Part shown: positions 35,910-48,543 of the stretch, one piece after another | Position numbering within the stretch: the stretch's first letter is position 1 | Layout: the number at the start of each line of letters is the position of its first letter | NCBI GenBank assembly: GCA_035221665.1 | Contig: CM069143.1 | Coordinates: 45,322,001-45,386,000, forward strand | Source of the DNA: Okamejei kenojei | Lineage: Eukaryota | DNA length: 64,000 bases | Reading direction: 5' to 3' | Made by a program: the position numbers and the translations under genes | The notes under the pieces: model-generated | Database searches by the model: none | Seen by the model: the letters and a program-made list of their open reading frames with translations, nothing else | What the model was told of the DNA's origin: nothing

Positions 35910-36217
35910 AGGGCAGCGCAGTAGCACAGCAGTATAGTTCCTGCCTTGCAGTACCAGAGACCCAGGTTCGATCCTGACTACGGGTGCTGCCTGTACAGAG
36001 TTTGTATGTTCTCCATGTGACCGCGTGTGTTTCCACCGGGTGCTCTGGATTCCTCCCACATTCCAAAGATGTGTGGGTCTCCAGATTAATTGTCTTCTGT
36101 AAATTGTCCCCAGTGTGCAGAATATAACTAGTGCACAGGTAATCGCTGGTCAGTGCAGACTCAGTGGGCCGAAGGGCTTGTTTTCACACTGTACCTCTAA
36201 ACTGAACTAAACTGAAC
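35910..36217 (+). mobile_element. V-SINE (HE1-like)
   Basis: Family similarity and tail. Confidence 0.85.
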
Positions 36218-37608
36218 TTGGGACAAAAATAGGATGAAATGACAAGTCTACAAGAACAACCCAGTGGGAGAGATCCTGGTAGTTTGAAAATTGTAAAGAT
36301 GGAAGAAAGAATGCAGCCTGTGGTGAAGCCCAGACCGAAGGTCTGGTATGGAAGCAAACATCCCAGGAGAAGAACTACTGTAAATTATGTGGACATTGAA
36401 TTAAATAGAAAGGGATGTAGAGGAAGAAGTTGAAGCCACTTTTAAGGAGGGAGGGACAGTGAAAACCCAGCAAGGATGGCAGGGAGGTGGATGGGGTCAG
36501 GGAAAAATGAAGGGGAAAATTACCTGGAGGAATTTTTAGAATTCAGGAAATGTTGAAGTTTGTACTTTTTGATGCCTGAAAGGAAGAAAAGATATTTTTT
36601 TCTTAAAACAACTAATGTGGCGAAGGCTGAAGTAGAATCATGGTCCAGGACAATTTTGACGGGAAGTAAATTGTGCTTTTGGAGAGAAAGGTCTAGAGCA
36701 TGTGCTAATGTATGGATCTTGCACATTCAAGAAATCTAGTCATAGTTGGAAGCCACATGGAATAAATCAAAAATTAACACATACCATGGAAGGAGTGGTC
36801 GTGTGGAAACAAGTTTTGGTCAAAATCTTAACAAAAACAATAAGAAAAACAAAAGTTACTGATCGTGAATAAGGTAAACATCCTGGGAAAGTAGCAGTGA
36901 TTTAATGGTAATTGAAAAGCAAAATTGAATTTTTTATTTAAGTAGCGATATTTGATTAATTAATTTGAATTTATTGCAAACCTGAATGTATCTCCATCAT
37001 AAATTCACAGAAGTAAACACAACCAATCTGTTTGTTCTCAGAATATGAACGTCATTTGCAGACGAGCCAATCGAAAGTCAGATTGTTAAATCCTTCTCTT
37101 ACACCTAATAAAAAAGGGGCTGGAAGCAATTGTCAAAATTAGGATTTGTTGTAATTTCCTTTCTCCCAAATAATTATGTGCTTTGAAAACAATCTTATTG
37201 TTCATTCATCAAAAAGTTAACCCTTTTTGAATCTGTATTTGTACATTACAATATGCTTGTTAATTTAATAAAGTACAGTCATGGAATATTTCAATTTACT
37301 ATGAAAAATTAAATAAAGCAATCAAAGGAACAGGACCTAGACATTGATCCTGTAGGTATACATGGTGCTGGTCACACAAGTCTGCTGCATAAAGTTCATG
37401 AACAATTCCTCTGGTGTGAGAGATGATTTGTGCCTCTTTCCCTCTCTCTTCCTCTTCTGAAATCACAAATCTAGTTAAAATATATAATATTCACATATCA
37501 ATATTCTCTCAGGATGTATTCCACTTGTTATGAGATTTACATGATATCTGCATGACATCAGTTTTTCTTCCTCATTCATTTAATGAGAAGTATTGACTCA
37601 CGTCATAG

Positions 37609-38374
37609 TGTAAATAGGTCATTCTAAGCTTCCACCCCCCAGTCTAGTTTCAGTCAAAGATCACTGAGTCAAGCACTTGCGCAACTAATCTTTATTTTGA
37701 TAAAACACATTTAAAGTTCCCACTACCATACCTAACCACCGCGGGTTTGATCCTCGTATCTGTCTGGGCAAGCCCTCTTTAGCCTCGTTCAAGCAGAGAC
37801 ACTCCAGAAGGTCACGCAGTCCTAAGCGTTCTCCCAGAAGATCGGCACAGGACCTCGTGGGAGCTGCCTTTTATAGGTCCCCGAACCTTGAGGGGCCGAA
37901 CCAAATGGGGGTGGTCTTTATACAGTCCAATAACAGATATCCATTAACACAGTATATGATAGACATTTCCCCAACCCAATAATACAGTGACTAATACATT
38001 GTATTCAAACGGAGCTTCTGAAAGGAAGCAAACATCGCAACATGTGCCTTGATATTCAAGAAACCCAGACAAGGCTCAATACTTAATCCAATCAACATCT
38101 AGCAAAGTATAGCTTTGCAACAATATGTAGAATGTGTATGTCTGGTTTGCATTCATCCAATCCATTCCATGCAATTTGCACCTAATTGTTAGGAACTGCA
38201 GATGTTTCATTCTCTTCCTGCAGCTCTTATCTGGGCTCCAGACAAACTGGCACCATGCTGCATCTTGTCCCATTTCTGCAGAAGGCACATTTAAATTGAC
38301 CAAATGGCCTAGCAGCCCAGAAGCCTTTATTCAATTTTAGTGTCCTTGCCTCTCCGATTTCTCCAGAATTAACA
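37609..38374 (-). repeat. ERV 3' LTR
   Basis: Direct repeat of 44608-45192 plus 46081-46249; minus-strand TATAAAA (37869-37875) and AATAAA (37691-37696); PPT aaaaggaaggaa at 38375-38386. Confidence 0.92.
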
Positions 38375-38879
38375 TTCCTTCCTTTTATCATATATGATAA
38401 ACCATCATCTATGATAACCAAATAATCTGATAATCAGATATACATATGTGTGTCTATACATTCTCCATCTATTAACAACAACGAGACGATGATGTTTCTT
38501 CCTAGAATCTTGTCAAGCTTCCCGAGTTTTCGTGGGCGTAGCTTCACAATTTCCGTCTGATGAGTCTTCACCTCCCGAGTTTTCGTGGGCCCGAATTCCC
38601 TCCATCTGCGTTGTTGCCCATTCTTCCATCCGTTTCTATAGTTGAACCTATAGCCTATAATTCTTGAAAAACTTGGGACAAAGCAAGTTCATGTACTAAA
38701 GCTTTCCCATATATTCACTGTAATTCTGCAATATTATCCCTTTTCCATTTCACTATTCTGCTCTATTATATTCTACTCTATCATTGTACTCCTATTACTA
38801 TTCTGTTGTATAATATACTCTTTACTATCCTAAGATCAACACTAATCAGCTTTCTCATTATTCACTCAATGTTATAATA

Positions 38880-39760
38880 TGTATATCTGATGATGGTTTC
38901 TCATATAAATTTCAGCTGGGTTCAGTCCAAATTTCCCTAGAGGCATGACCCTTACTTAAAACAAACCATGAAGAATGTTTCCATTCAACCAAATTCGGTC
39001 TCAGCCTTCAATTTAATATTTTAAATTTCAGTGTCCATCTCACCCTTCTCATTCCACAGCATTGTGGCCGATAATACAATTCCTTTCCAATTCCTGTGGA
39101 ATTCCCAGCTGTTCAATTTTAATCAATCAATTTCCATATGTTGTCAATTTTATCATAAAGCCAATTAAGAATGCCGAATCTGGGGACAATTTCTTTCCAC
39201 CTTGATAATAGAAGCCGCTTTACTATCAAGGGTTAAACAATTTAACCAGTCAAATACATCAACTCTGATATCAACATCCACTTCTATATTTCTCCTTCTA
39301 ATTCAATAGATTTCTCTTCCAGTACTTCTTCCTTAGTATGTTGGCTTGGCTCTTAGTCCTTAGGGTTTCTCTCTCATAACTAATTTCTTAACCACTGAGT
39401 AATTTCTAGATGGTTAGTATTGACAAGGGGAACTCACAAAATTTCAGTCCACCTCATTGTTTTATACTATCTCCTGACATTTCCAGGGTATGTCTTAATT
39501 CCTGATATCCACTAGGGTCTGTCCCTTTCTTGATAGCAACTAGGTAGTCCCGTCCCATCTTCGATTATCGTCCTATGGGTGAGACAAGAGAAGAATGCCA
39601 AGTCATCAGTCAATTCTCTAACAATTTTTAAGACAATATCCTATAAGCCCTTTTCAAATCAATTTATTTATAACTAAATTTAGGTGCAAAGTGAGTATTT
39701 TGCCCCGAACCACAGAGGAATGTCCATTTTCAGTTTTTTAAAGTGGAGCTCGGCCCAATA
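38880..39760 (-). pseudogene. pol: ERV pro/pol remnant: protease followed closely by integrase core
   Basis: GAKYS (about 39692-39706) and MGRDYL (39541-39558) protease remnants; LGIPQE, YRPQCCG...TLK and VRVMPLGKFGLNPAEI (about 38908-39109) integrase remnants; no RT motifs between them. Confidence 0.65.
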
Positions 39761-40245
39761 GTCGTCATAGGTTGTTTGTGTTGTTTCTTTAGGAAAGATT
39801 GGATGGTGTTACTCTCCTTTCCTTCACTGGTGTCAAAAGATAGATAATATTAAAGTTGGGCACTAGGGTAGGTATCTTCCTCTTCTTCCTCAATGTTAGT
39901 TTCAAATGAGTAGGCTTACTGAGGAGCTGCCTTCTCTATCTGTTGGCCTTCCCAGATTTGTCTTAAAGTGACAGGACAGTATCATTTCCTCCTTATTGTT
40001 GGTTCCTGTTTCTGGGGAGCTACATTACCTGAGCTGTCTTCTGCCCATTCTCAAGGGGTCTGTATATTCTTTACCTCACTCGCCAGATAGTATGTTGTCG
40101 ATTATATTGTCCTGCAGGCACAAACTTGGTAACAAGTCAGTACAATAGCTCCTTTCCACTCCCGTACCTCCTGCACAATAAGTTTGTTTCTTCTCTCCCT
40201 AGCGCCATTTCAGTTCTCCTTAGTTCCCATTCCTTCTGACCCCAG

Positions 40246-42678
40246 CTACTGGGTTCCTTTTCTTACTTTCTTTATTGCCCCTTGATTTTTCTTCCGTTTT
40301 GCTATATTCTGTCTTCTTGCTGGGCATTCCTTGTTCCAATGACCTAATTGTGTACAGACGTGACAAGCTTCTTGATTTACAATGTTCTTTGCTCTAAGGG
40401 GTTTTCTTGGGCAGTCATAAGATTGTTTACAATTTTCTTTTATGTAATCTTCAGTTTTTACTATGATAGTACATCCAATTTGTTCATTCTGGTAAATTAC
40501 TCGAGGGGTTTCTAGAGTAGGGGCCAAGTCTCCACATCCACAATTCCTGGACGGGTTGGTAAGTCAGGACTGCGAAAATGGGTTGGTTTGAGTGAACGGT
40601 GTGTGACTTCCGTGTTCCTGACATTCGGGCCATCTCTCTCTCTGTTCTCTCGGTTCCCAGTTGTCCCTTGAATTAAAGGACCTCCCATAATTCCTGGGAT
40701 CTCGGATATTTCTATATTCTCTAGGATCTCTAATTTCTTCATAATCCTGGAAATCCTTTATTTGACCCATCTCTCTCACTCGCTCTTACGTTTGACAGGC
40801 TCGACTCCAGTGTCCCATCGCACCACAAGTGAAGCATTGATTAGGCAATATGGTTGGCTTTATTCTACCCCTTAGTTCCATTCAAATGGGTTCTAAATTG
40901 GGAGTGTAATTGTAATAATAATCTGAGTAATCTGGAACCTTAATTTCTCCCAATCCGTAATTTTCTGGTACTCTGGGGATCCATGGTTCAGACTTAGATT
41001 TTGGCACTTCTTTCTTGGCTATACATTCACTTTCTCTTCTACTTACAGGATAATTTCCTGTTTCTTACCCTTCTTCCATTAGTGCCTCACAGCTTTGGCC
41101 ATTTGACTGGCGCAGTTCCCAGACCTGTCCCTGTTATCGGTCCTAATTAAGTCCGCTACTTTAGTGGGGAGACAATTCAATAAGATAGCACAATACTGTG
41201 GGGAACTTGCTCCATTCTGATAGTCTGTCACCTGATTGGTCCATATATAATTTTGAAAAACAGTCTAAATATTTGTCTGCTCTTTCATTCTCTTCTGGTT
41301 TTATTTCCTGAATTTGTTTTAAATCGCTTGGTTTCTGAAACATTTTTGCAAGGGCCATTAAAACAGCCTCTTCTCTTGCACTGTCAACAATTAATATGTT
41401 TGCCAAGGCTTCATAAGTTGGGTGTCCTAGAGCTACTAGAAATTTGGTATATTCAGCTGGAGTAATTATCTGTTGTATGGTCTCCCACAAATCCTGGGAA
41501 TCTGCGTGATATACACGCATTGTGGTGCTTAAATAATCTATAAAAGCAGCAGGTGACTTCTTCCTATCAGGGATTCTGTTTAGTACTGCCATTATTTCAT
41601 GAGGCTTCCACGGAGTATGGACATCTGTGGCACGGGGATTGTTTATTCTTACCGCGCTGGTCAAATCCGCTGTACCCCGCCCTTCATCTACTGGGAACTG
41701 CCTATGGGATATCTGTTTAATTTGTAAACTTTCAGTTACATCAAAATCTATCTCGGCATCTTCAATCACTGTCTCACCCTCAGATGAATCTTCCCGTTCG
41801 CTAGGCGTTTCCCGATACTGTCCAAATAAATTGTTCCTCTTTCTCACTACTCATGTAATCTATCTAGGTTGTGGCTCACAGAAATACTCTGGCTGTTGCA
41901 CTATATCTAACACACCTTCCCTTTCTTTAAACACCGGAGCTAATCTCTTCGTTCTACTCCGGGTGCCATAAGTCACTGGACGATCTGTCAATGATGGAGT
42001 GGATGGGGTCAAAGAATCTGGTACCCCAGTATCTGCTGTTGGTAGAATCTGCAGGAGTTGTTATAGACCCTGCAGACCTAAAATATTTATTACGGACACG
42101 TCAAACAAAGTGTAGGTGAAGCCTGGGAAACGCAAGAGGAACATTGTGGGAGCTGTGAACTTCCACTGGCATTAACATTTGTCCATTCTTCCCAATATTC
42201 ATCTCCTTCCCTCTCAAAGTCAGCACTAACCATCGGATCCCTAATCTTTAAATTTACAGGGACTAATTTCCTTCCAAGAGACCTGCCTTTTCCTTGTTCC
42301 GTGTGTTTTCCTTCATCTCTACACCTGTCCTTCCTACTGCCTGGAGGTCGATCTGCTTCACCTTCTTTCAGTTCTATTCCAAGTTTAGCGATCGCTTTCT
42401 CCCAACTAGCCATACTCTTAATTTTTTTTATTCACCTTCTGTTCCCCATAATATTTTCTCCATAACCCTATTAATTATTTTGCACTTTTGTTATTACTAT
42501 GCTGCCAAATAATTTGTTCTATGTATTTTATCCATTTTACTGTTCTAATGCCCCCCGGCGGCCATAGCTTCTTTCCTAATTTCTTATTTAATGTTCCTGA
42601 TAAATCTCTTAATTTCTCTGCCTTGTGAGGGAACTCATTGCACATTATTTGCAATGGGCTACTTTCCTCTTCTGTCAT
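40246..42678 (-). pseudogene. gag: ERV gag (fragmented)
   Basis: MA-like ...KKLWPPGG (42475-42678), CA-like TPWKPHEIMAVLNRIPDRKKSP (41161-41847), zinc knuckle CHVCTQLGHWNKEC (in 40246-40527). Confidence 0.85.
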
Positions 42679-44588
42679 ATCTCATTCTGTGCTATTCCCC
42701 ATGCTTCCGAACAACCAAAACAGAATTCCTAAATCCTGCACTCTTTCCTTTTAATCCCGAAATTATCAAGCTCACTCCTGAACAGTGACTAATGGCCCCA
42801 AGGCATCCGCAGCCTCGCACTTCCTTTACTCCACCAATCCTACTCTCCTATTCAAATTCTACTCCTATCTCCCACAAATCCACACCCTTTCAACCTTACA
42901 AGTTTCACAATCCCCAGTCATTCAAAGATCAGAGTACTCCAGGGAACAAACAAACACATTCGAGCACAATTAAACACATTCTCGCAACTCGTTTTATCCT
43001 CAATCGAAACACCTGAAAATGAGCTTTACCACAGTACACAAACAGGAGATCACACTGCTTATTATTATCAGGCACAATCACATGCCTACATAAATCACAA
43101 TCATTCATTTATTATAAATCACACACTCTAATAAATCCTCCTCGTGGCGTACTTGGTCAAAGGAACGATATCTCCCCCGCCACAGCGATTGAAATAACAC
43201 GAACCCTGATTGAACCACCACGAAGTGGATTCTAACAATATTACAATTTAAACATTTAGAAATATTAAATTCAAACACACTTCTACTTCAATTATCTTAC
43301 ACCCAAAAATCCTTAAGCACTCACACAAGCAATACAAATAGCAGTCCGCAATCTAAACACTCTAAATCTTAATACACTCTAAATCGTTTTACATACACAA
43401 AGTATTTAAACAATTCAGATGCAAAAAAAGACGTTGCTGGATTTCTACAATATACAATAATAATTTAACACGCTAGCACACAGTTTACAAACACTCGATC
43501 TCAGTCACGCGTCACGCTGTTATCAATCAGTGAACCTCTCCCTCTGATACTGAAGATTTTCCCCTTCCTAGGGTACTCTTTGCTGAGGGGTACTACTTCT
43601 TAAATGACTACTTTTCCTCCTAAATGTTAGTTTCCTCCTGCTAAGACTGGACTTCTATAGGGGGACCTCTATTCCTCCTCTCTAAGTTCTACAGAATTAG
43701 GGGTACCTTTCGCACCCGGGTACTTTTCACCAAGTAAACCAGGTTCACATCTCTCAGTTACTCTTCGCTATCAGGTACTAATCTACAATCGATCAGAGGG
43801 TTACTATTCACTGTTGATCAGCCGGTATTTGGAATCAATCTCACATATGCACAAACTCCAAAGTTCTATCTACACAGAATTCGAATTCTACTCTTTGGAC
43901 AGACCTTCAATGTGAAATTCTGTATTTGGAAATTTGATTCTGTAAATCTAGATTCATTCTCGGACCAACTAGTTTTGGCGCGTATCTCTCCACATATGCG
44001 GGCTCTCAAATTCAAATTGCCCAATTAAGTCTCAAATGGACTAGAGTATTCCCAGCCAATCTATACTCTAGCCACCGAGCCCAGTGCCTTTACTCGTCCG
44101 TCACTCCAGGGAGGGACTCAGATACCTTCACGCAGACACCCCTCTCTGCTGGGCACCGGGGGTTCAGCGCCTAGCCTCTTCACGCTGTTAGTCGATGCCG
44201 CTTTTCAGAACTCACCTTTCCAATCAGCGCTCCCGGCAAAGATAGATCAATATGTAGACCAGACCTGTGTTTCAACACTCCACCAATTGGATACAAAATC
44301 TGGACAATGGGCCACCGCTCGCCCTCGAAGCACGCCAGGCTTACGTTACAGCTGCTGCAGTCTGCCAACTACGACCAAGTTTTGGGCCACTCCTCGCCCT
44401 GTTTTATGGGCCCCTAACCGTGCTTGCTGGACTCTGTTTTAACGATCTTCATTGGACCCTTTCCCAAGCCCGCGAATGATCTCCGTCTAGCGAAGGGCCG
44501 AAAATCAATGTGAAAACCGCACAGTGGGCCCGATTTCTGCACAGCTCAACACCCTTGATCGCAAACTTGTGTTTGGCGGTCCGTTGTG

Positions 44589-44606
44589 ATCCCGGACGAG
44601 CCCCCA
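44589..44606 (-). promoter_or_regulatory. Primer binding site, tRNA-Pro
   Basis: Minus strand TGGGGGCTCGTCCGGGAT, identical to the canonical MLV-type PBS-Pro, 1 nt from the LTR. Confidence 0.95.
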
Positions 44607-44607
44607 A

Positions 44608-46249
44608 TGTAAATAGCTCGTTCTAAGCTTCCCCCCCCCCCCAGTCTAGTATCAGTCAAAAATCACTGAGTCAAGCACTTGCGCAAGTAATCTTTATTTT
44701 GACAAAACACAATTAAAGTTCCCACTACTATACCACCACGGGTTTGATCCTCGTATCTGCCTGGCCAAGCCCTCTTTAACCTTGTTCAAGCAGAGACACT
44801 CCAGAAGGTCACACAGTCCTAAACATTCTCCCAGAAGATCGACACAGGACCTTGTGGGAGCTGCCTTTTATAGGTCCCCGAACCTTGAGGGCCGATCCAT
44901 ATATGGGTGGTCGCTATACAGTCCAATAACAGATATCCAGTAACACAGTATATGATAGACATTTCCCCAACCCAATAATACAGTGACTAATACATTGTAT
45001 TCAAATGGAGCTTCTGAAAGGAAGCAACATGTGCCTTGATATTCAAGAAACCCAGACAAGGCTCATTACTTAATCCAATCAACATCTAGCAAAGTAAAGC
45101 TTTGCAACAATATGTACAATGTGTATGTCTGGTTTGCATTCATCCAATCCATTCCATGCAATTTGCACCTAATTGTCAGGATCTGCAGATGTGCAGGTGT
45201 GAGGAGGATGCTAGGAGGCTGCAAGGTGATTTGGATAGGCTGGGTGAGTGGGCAAATGCATGGCAGATGCAGTATAATGTGGATAAATGTGAGATTATCC
45301 ACTTTGGTGGCAAAAACAGGAGGGCAGACTATTATCTGAATGGTGGCAAATTAGGAAAAGGGGAGATGCAATGAGACCTGGGTGTCATGGTACACCAATC
45401 ATTGAAAGTAGGCATGCAGGTGCAGCAGGCAGTGAAGAAAGGAAATGGTATGTTGGCATTCATAGCGAAAGGATTTGAGTAAAGGAGCAGGGAGGTTCTA
45501 CTGCAGTTGTACAGGGTTTTGGTGAGACCACATCTGGAGTATTGCGTACAGTTTTGGTCTCCAAATCTGAGGAAAGACATTCTTGCCATAGAGAAGGTTC
45601 ACCAGACTGATTCCTGGGATGTCAGGACTTTCATATGAGGATATGGATAGACTTGGCTTGTACTCGCTAGAATTTAGAAGACTGAGGGGGGATCTTATAG
45701 AAACTTACAAAATTCTTAAGGGGTTAGATAGGCTAGATGCAGGAAGATTGTTCCCGATGTTGGGGAGGTCCAGAACAAGGGGTCACAGTCTAAGGATAAG
45801 GGGGAATTCCTTTAGGACTGAGATGAGGAAAACATTTTTTCACACAGAGAGTGGTGAGTCTCTGGAATTCTCTGCCACAGAAGGTAGTTGAGGCCAGTTC
45901 ATTGGCTATATTTAAGAGGGAGTTAGATGTGGCCCTTGTGGCTAAAGGGATCAGGGGGTATGGAGAAAAGGCAGGTACGGGATACTGAGTTGGATGATCA
46001 GCCATGATCATATTGAATGGTGGTGAAGGGCCAAATGGCCTACTCCTGCACCTATTTTCTATGTTTCTATGTTTCTATGTTTCATTCTCTTCCTGCAGCT
46101 CTTATCTGGGCTTCAGACAAACTGGCACCATTCTGCAGCTTGTCGCATTTCTGAAGAAGGCACGTTTAAATTGATCAAGTGGTCTAGCAGCCCAGAAGCC
46201 TTTACTCAATTTTAGTGTCCTGGCCTCTCCAATTTGACCAGAATTAACA
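44608..46249 (-). repeat. ERV 5' LTR, interrupted in U3 by CR1
   Basis: Aligns with the 3' LTR on both sides of the insertion. Confidence 0.92.
45193..46080 (+). mobile_element. CR1 3' fragment inserted in the ERV 5' LTR
   Basis: LQGDLDRLGEWANAWQMQYNVDKCE, LYSLEFRRLRGDLIETYK, (CTATGTTT)n tail. Confidence 0.92.
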
Positions 46250-46253
46250 ATAG

Positions 46254-46795
46254 TACCATAGTGGCCTTTCCCTACAGAAGTCCTCAGCGCATCCCTCAAG
46301 ACCGTGGGATATGCCAGCTTGAAGGTTTTAGCCATGGACAGTTCCTTTACAGCATGACCAGTGAGTTTCAGACAGATCAAAGTGTGTCTTTCACTGAATT
46401 GGTAAACTTTGAGTGGTTGCTGGTGCTTGTCTATGTTTCCCTGGAAACTACCTATAAAAGCAGGGCATCCTCTGCTGACCAACTGTTCCGGATGAAACAC
46501 TAAATGTACCATTGACATCCTTCCTAGACCATCTTGGCAAACACGCATTCAAGAAGGATCTGGCTGATGGCATTACAAACATCCCGAGATGCATTGCTGC
46601 ACACGAAGGAACTGACAGGAACAGAGCTTCTTACAAAAAACAAGCAACTTCTTTGGTGTATGTTTGAAATTTCTGGTGATGAACAATCCTGCCATGTGAT
46701 GTTGACAATCTGCTCAGGGAACCATTCAACAGCATTCACAATCTCCTTTTCCTGTAGGGATTCAAGGCTATTAAATGCTGACACTGCCTGATTGA
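46254..46795 (-). mobile_element. Tx1/L1-clade LINE C-terminal fragment
   Basis: VEWFPEQIVNITWQDCSSPEISNIHQ...LLECVFAKMV (zinc-knuckle region) and VLRDALR. Confidence 0.55.
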
Positions 46796-46903
46796 AGTGG
46801 TCAAGAGTCAAGAGTGGTTTGTGGTCATATGTCCTAGATAGAACAATGATATTCTTACTTGCTGCAGCACAACAGAATATGTAAACATGGTACATTGCAT
46901 ATA

Positions 46904-48507
46904 CAGTGGCTTGCAAAAGTTTTCATAACCCTTGAACTTTTCCAAATTTTGTCACGTTACAACCACAAACGTAAATGTATTTTATCGGCATTTTATGTGA
47001 TAGACCAACACAAAGTGGTGCATAAATGTGAAGTGGAAGGAAAATGATACATGGTTTCCAAATTTTATTACAAATGAAAAAATGAAAAGTGTGGCGTGCA
47101 AAAGTATTCAGCCCCCCTGAGTCAATACTTTGTAGAACCACCTTTCGCTGCAATTACAGCTGCAAGTCTTTTGGGATATGTGTCTACCAGCTTTGCACAT
47201 CTAGAGACTGAAATTTGTGCCCATTCTTCTTTGTAAAATAGCTCAAGCTCAGTCAGATTGGATGGAGAGCGTCTGTGAACAGCAATTTTCAAGTCTTGCC
47301 AGAGATTCTCAATTGGATTTAGGTCTGGACTTTGACTGGGCCATTCTAACACATGAATATGCTTTGATCTAAACCATTCCATTGTAGCTCTGGCTGTATG
47401 TTTAGGTCGCTGTCCGGCTGGAAGGGAACCTCCGCCCCAGTCTCAAGTCTTTTGCAGACTCTAACAGGTTTTCTTCCAAGATTGCCCTGTATTTGGCTCC
47501 ATCCATCTTCTCATCAACTCTGACCAGCTTCCCTGTCCCTGCTGAAGAAAAGCATCCCCACAGCATGATGCTGCCACCACCATGTTTCACAGTGGGGATG
47601 GTGTGTTCAGGGTGATGTGCAGTGTTAGTCTTCCGCCACACATAGCGTTTTGCATTTAGGCCAAAAACTTAAATTTTGGTCTCATCAGACCAGAGCACCT
47701 TCCTCCACATGTTTGCTGTGTCCCCCATATGGCTTGTGGCAAACTGCAAAAGGGGCTTCTTATGGCTTTGTTTCAACAATGGCTTTCTTCTTGCCACTCT
47801 TCCATAAAGGCCCGATTTGTGGAGTGCACGACAATAGTTGCCTGTGGACAGATTCTCCCACCTGAGCTGTGGATCTCTGCATCTCCTCCAGAGTTACCAT
47901 GGTTGCTTCTCTGATCAATGCTCTCCTTGCCCAGCCTGTCAGTTTAGGTGGACGGCCATATCTTGGTAGGTTTGCAGTTGTGCCATACTCTTTCCATTTT
48001 CGAATGATGGATTGAACAGTGCTCTGTGAGATGTTCAAAGCTTGGGATATTTTTTTATATCCTAATCCTGCTTTAAACTTCTCCACAACTTTATCCCTGA
48101 CCTGTCTGATGTGTTCCTTGGGCTTCATGATGCTCTTTGTTCACTAATGTTCTCTAACAAACCTCTGAGGCCTTCACAGAACAGCTGTATTTATACTGAG
48201 ATTAGATTACACACAAGTGGACTCTATTAAATAGTTAGGTGACTTCCGAAGGCAATTGGTTGCACTGGATTTTATGTAGGGGTATCAGAGTAAAGGGGGC
48301 TGAATACTTTTGCAGGCCACACTTTTCAGTTTTTTATTTGTAAAAAAATTTGAAAACCATGAATTATTTTCCTTCCACTTCACAATTATGCGCCACTTTG
48401 TGTTGGTCTATCACATAAAATCCCAATAAAATACATTTACGTTTGTGGTTGTAATGTGACAAAATGTGGAAAAGTTCAAGTGGTATGAATACTTTTGCAA
48501 GCCACTG
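46904..48507 (-). mobile_element. Tc1 DNA transposon, IR/DR type (Passport-like), transposase frameshifted
   Basis: About 213-bp TIRs starting cagtggcttgcaaaagt, with inner DRs at about 47091-47116 and 48295-48320; TA at left end; [53 protein letters not shown]. Confidence 0.95.
47122..48128 (-). pseudogene. Tc1 transposase (split into several ORFs)
   Basis: ORFs 47760-48128, 47402-47641, 47122-47382 are consecutive parts of a DD34E-type transposase. Confidence 0.9.
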
Positions 48508-48509
48508 TG

Positions 48510-48543
<34 letters not shown>

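Larger units (their letters stand above)
37609..46249 (-). mobile_element. Class I (gamma/epsilon-like) endogenous retrovirus, internally deleted
   Basis: Two TG...CA LTRs, TSD ATAG (37605-37608 and 46250-46253), PBS-Pro, PPT, gag and pro/IN remnants. Confidence 0.92.

Noticed and set aside
38557-38600. CTGATGAG as a possible hammerhead core in the ERV
   Set aside because: No helix II followed by GAAA on the same strand.
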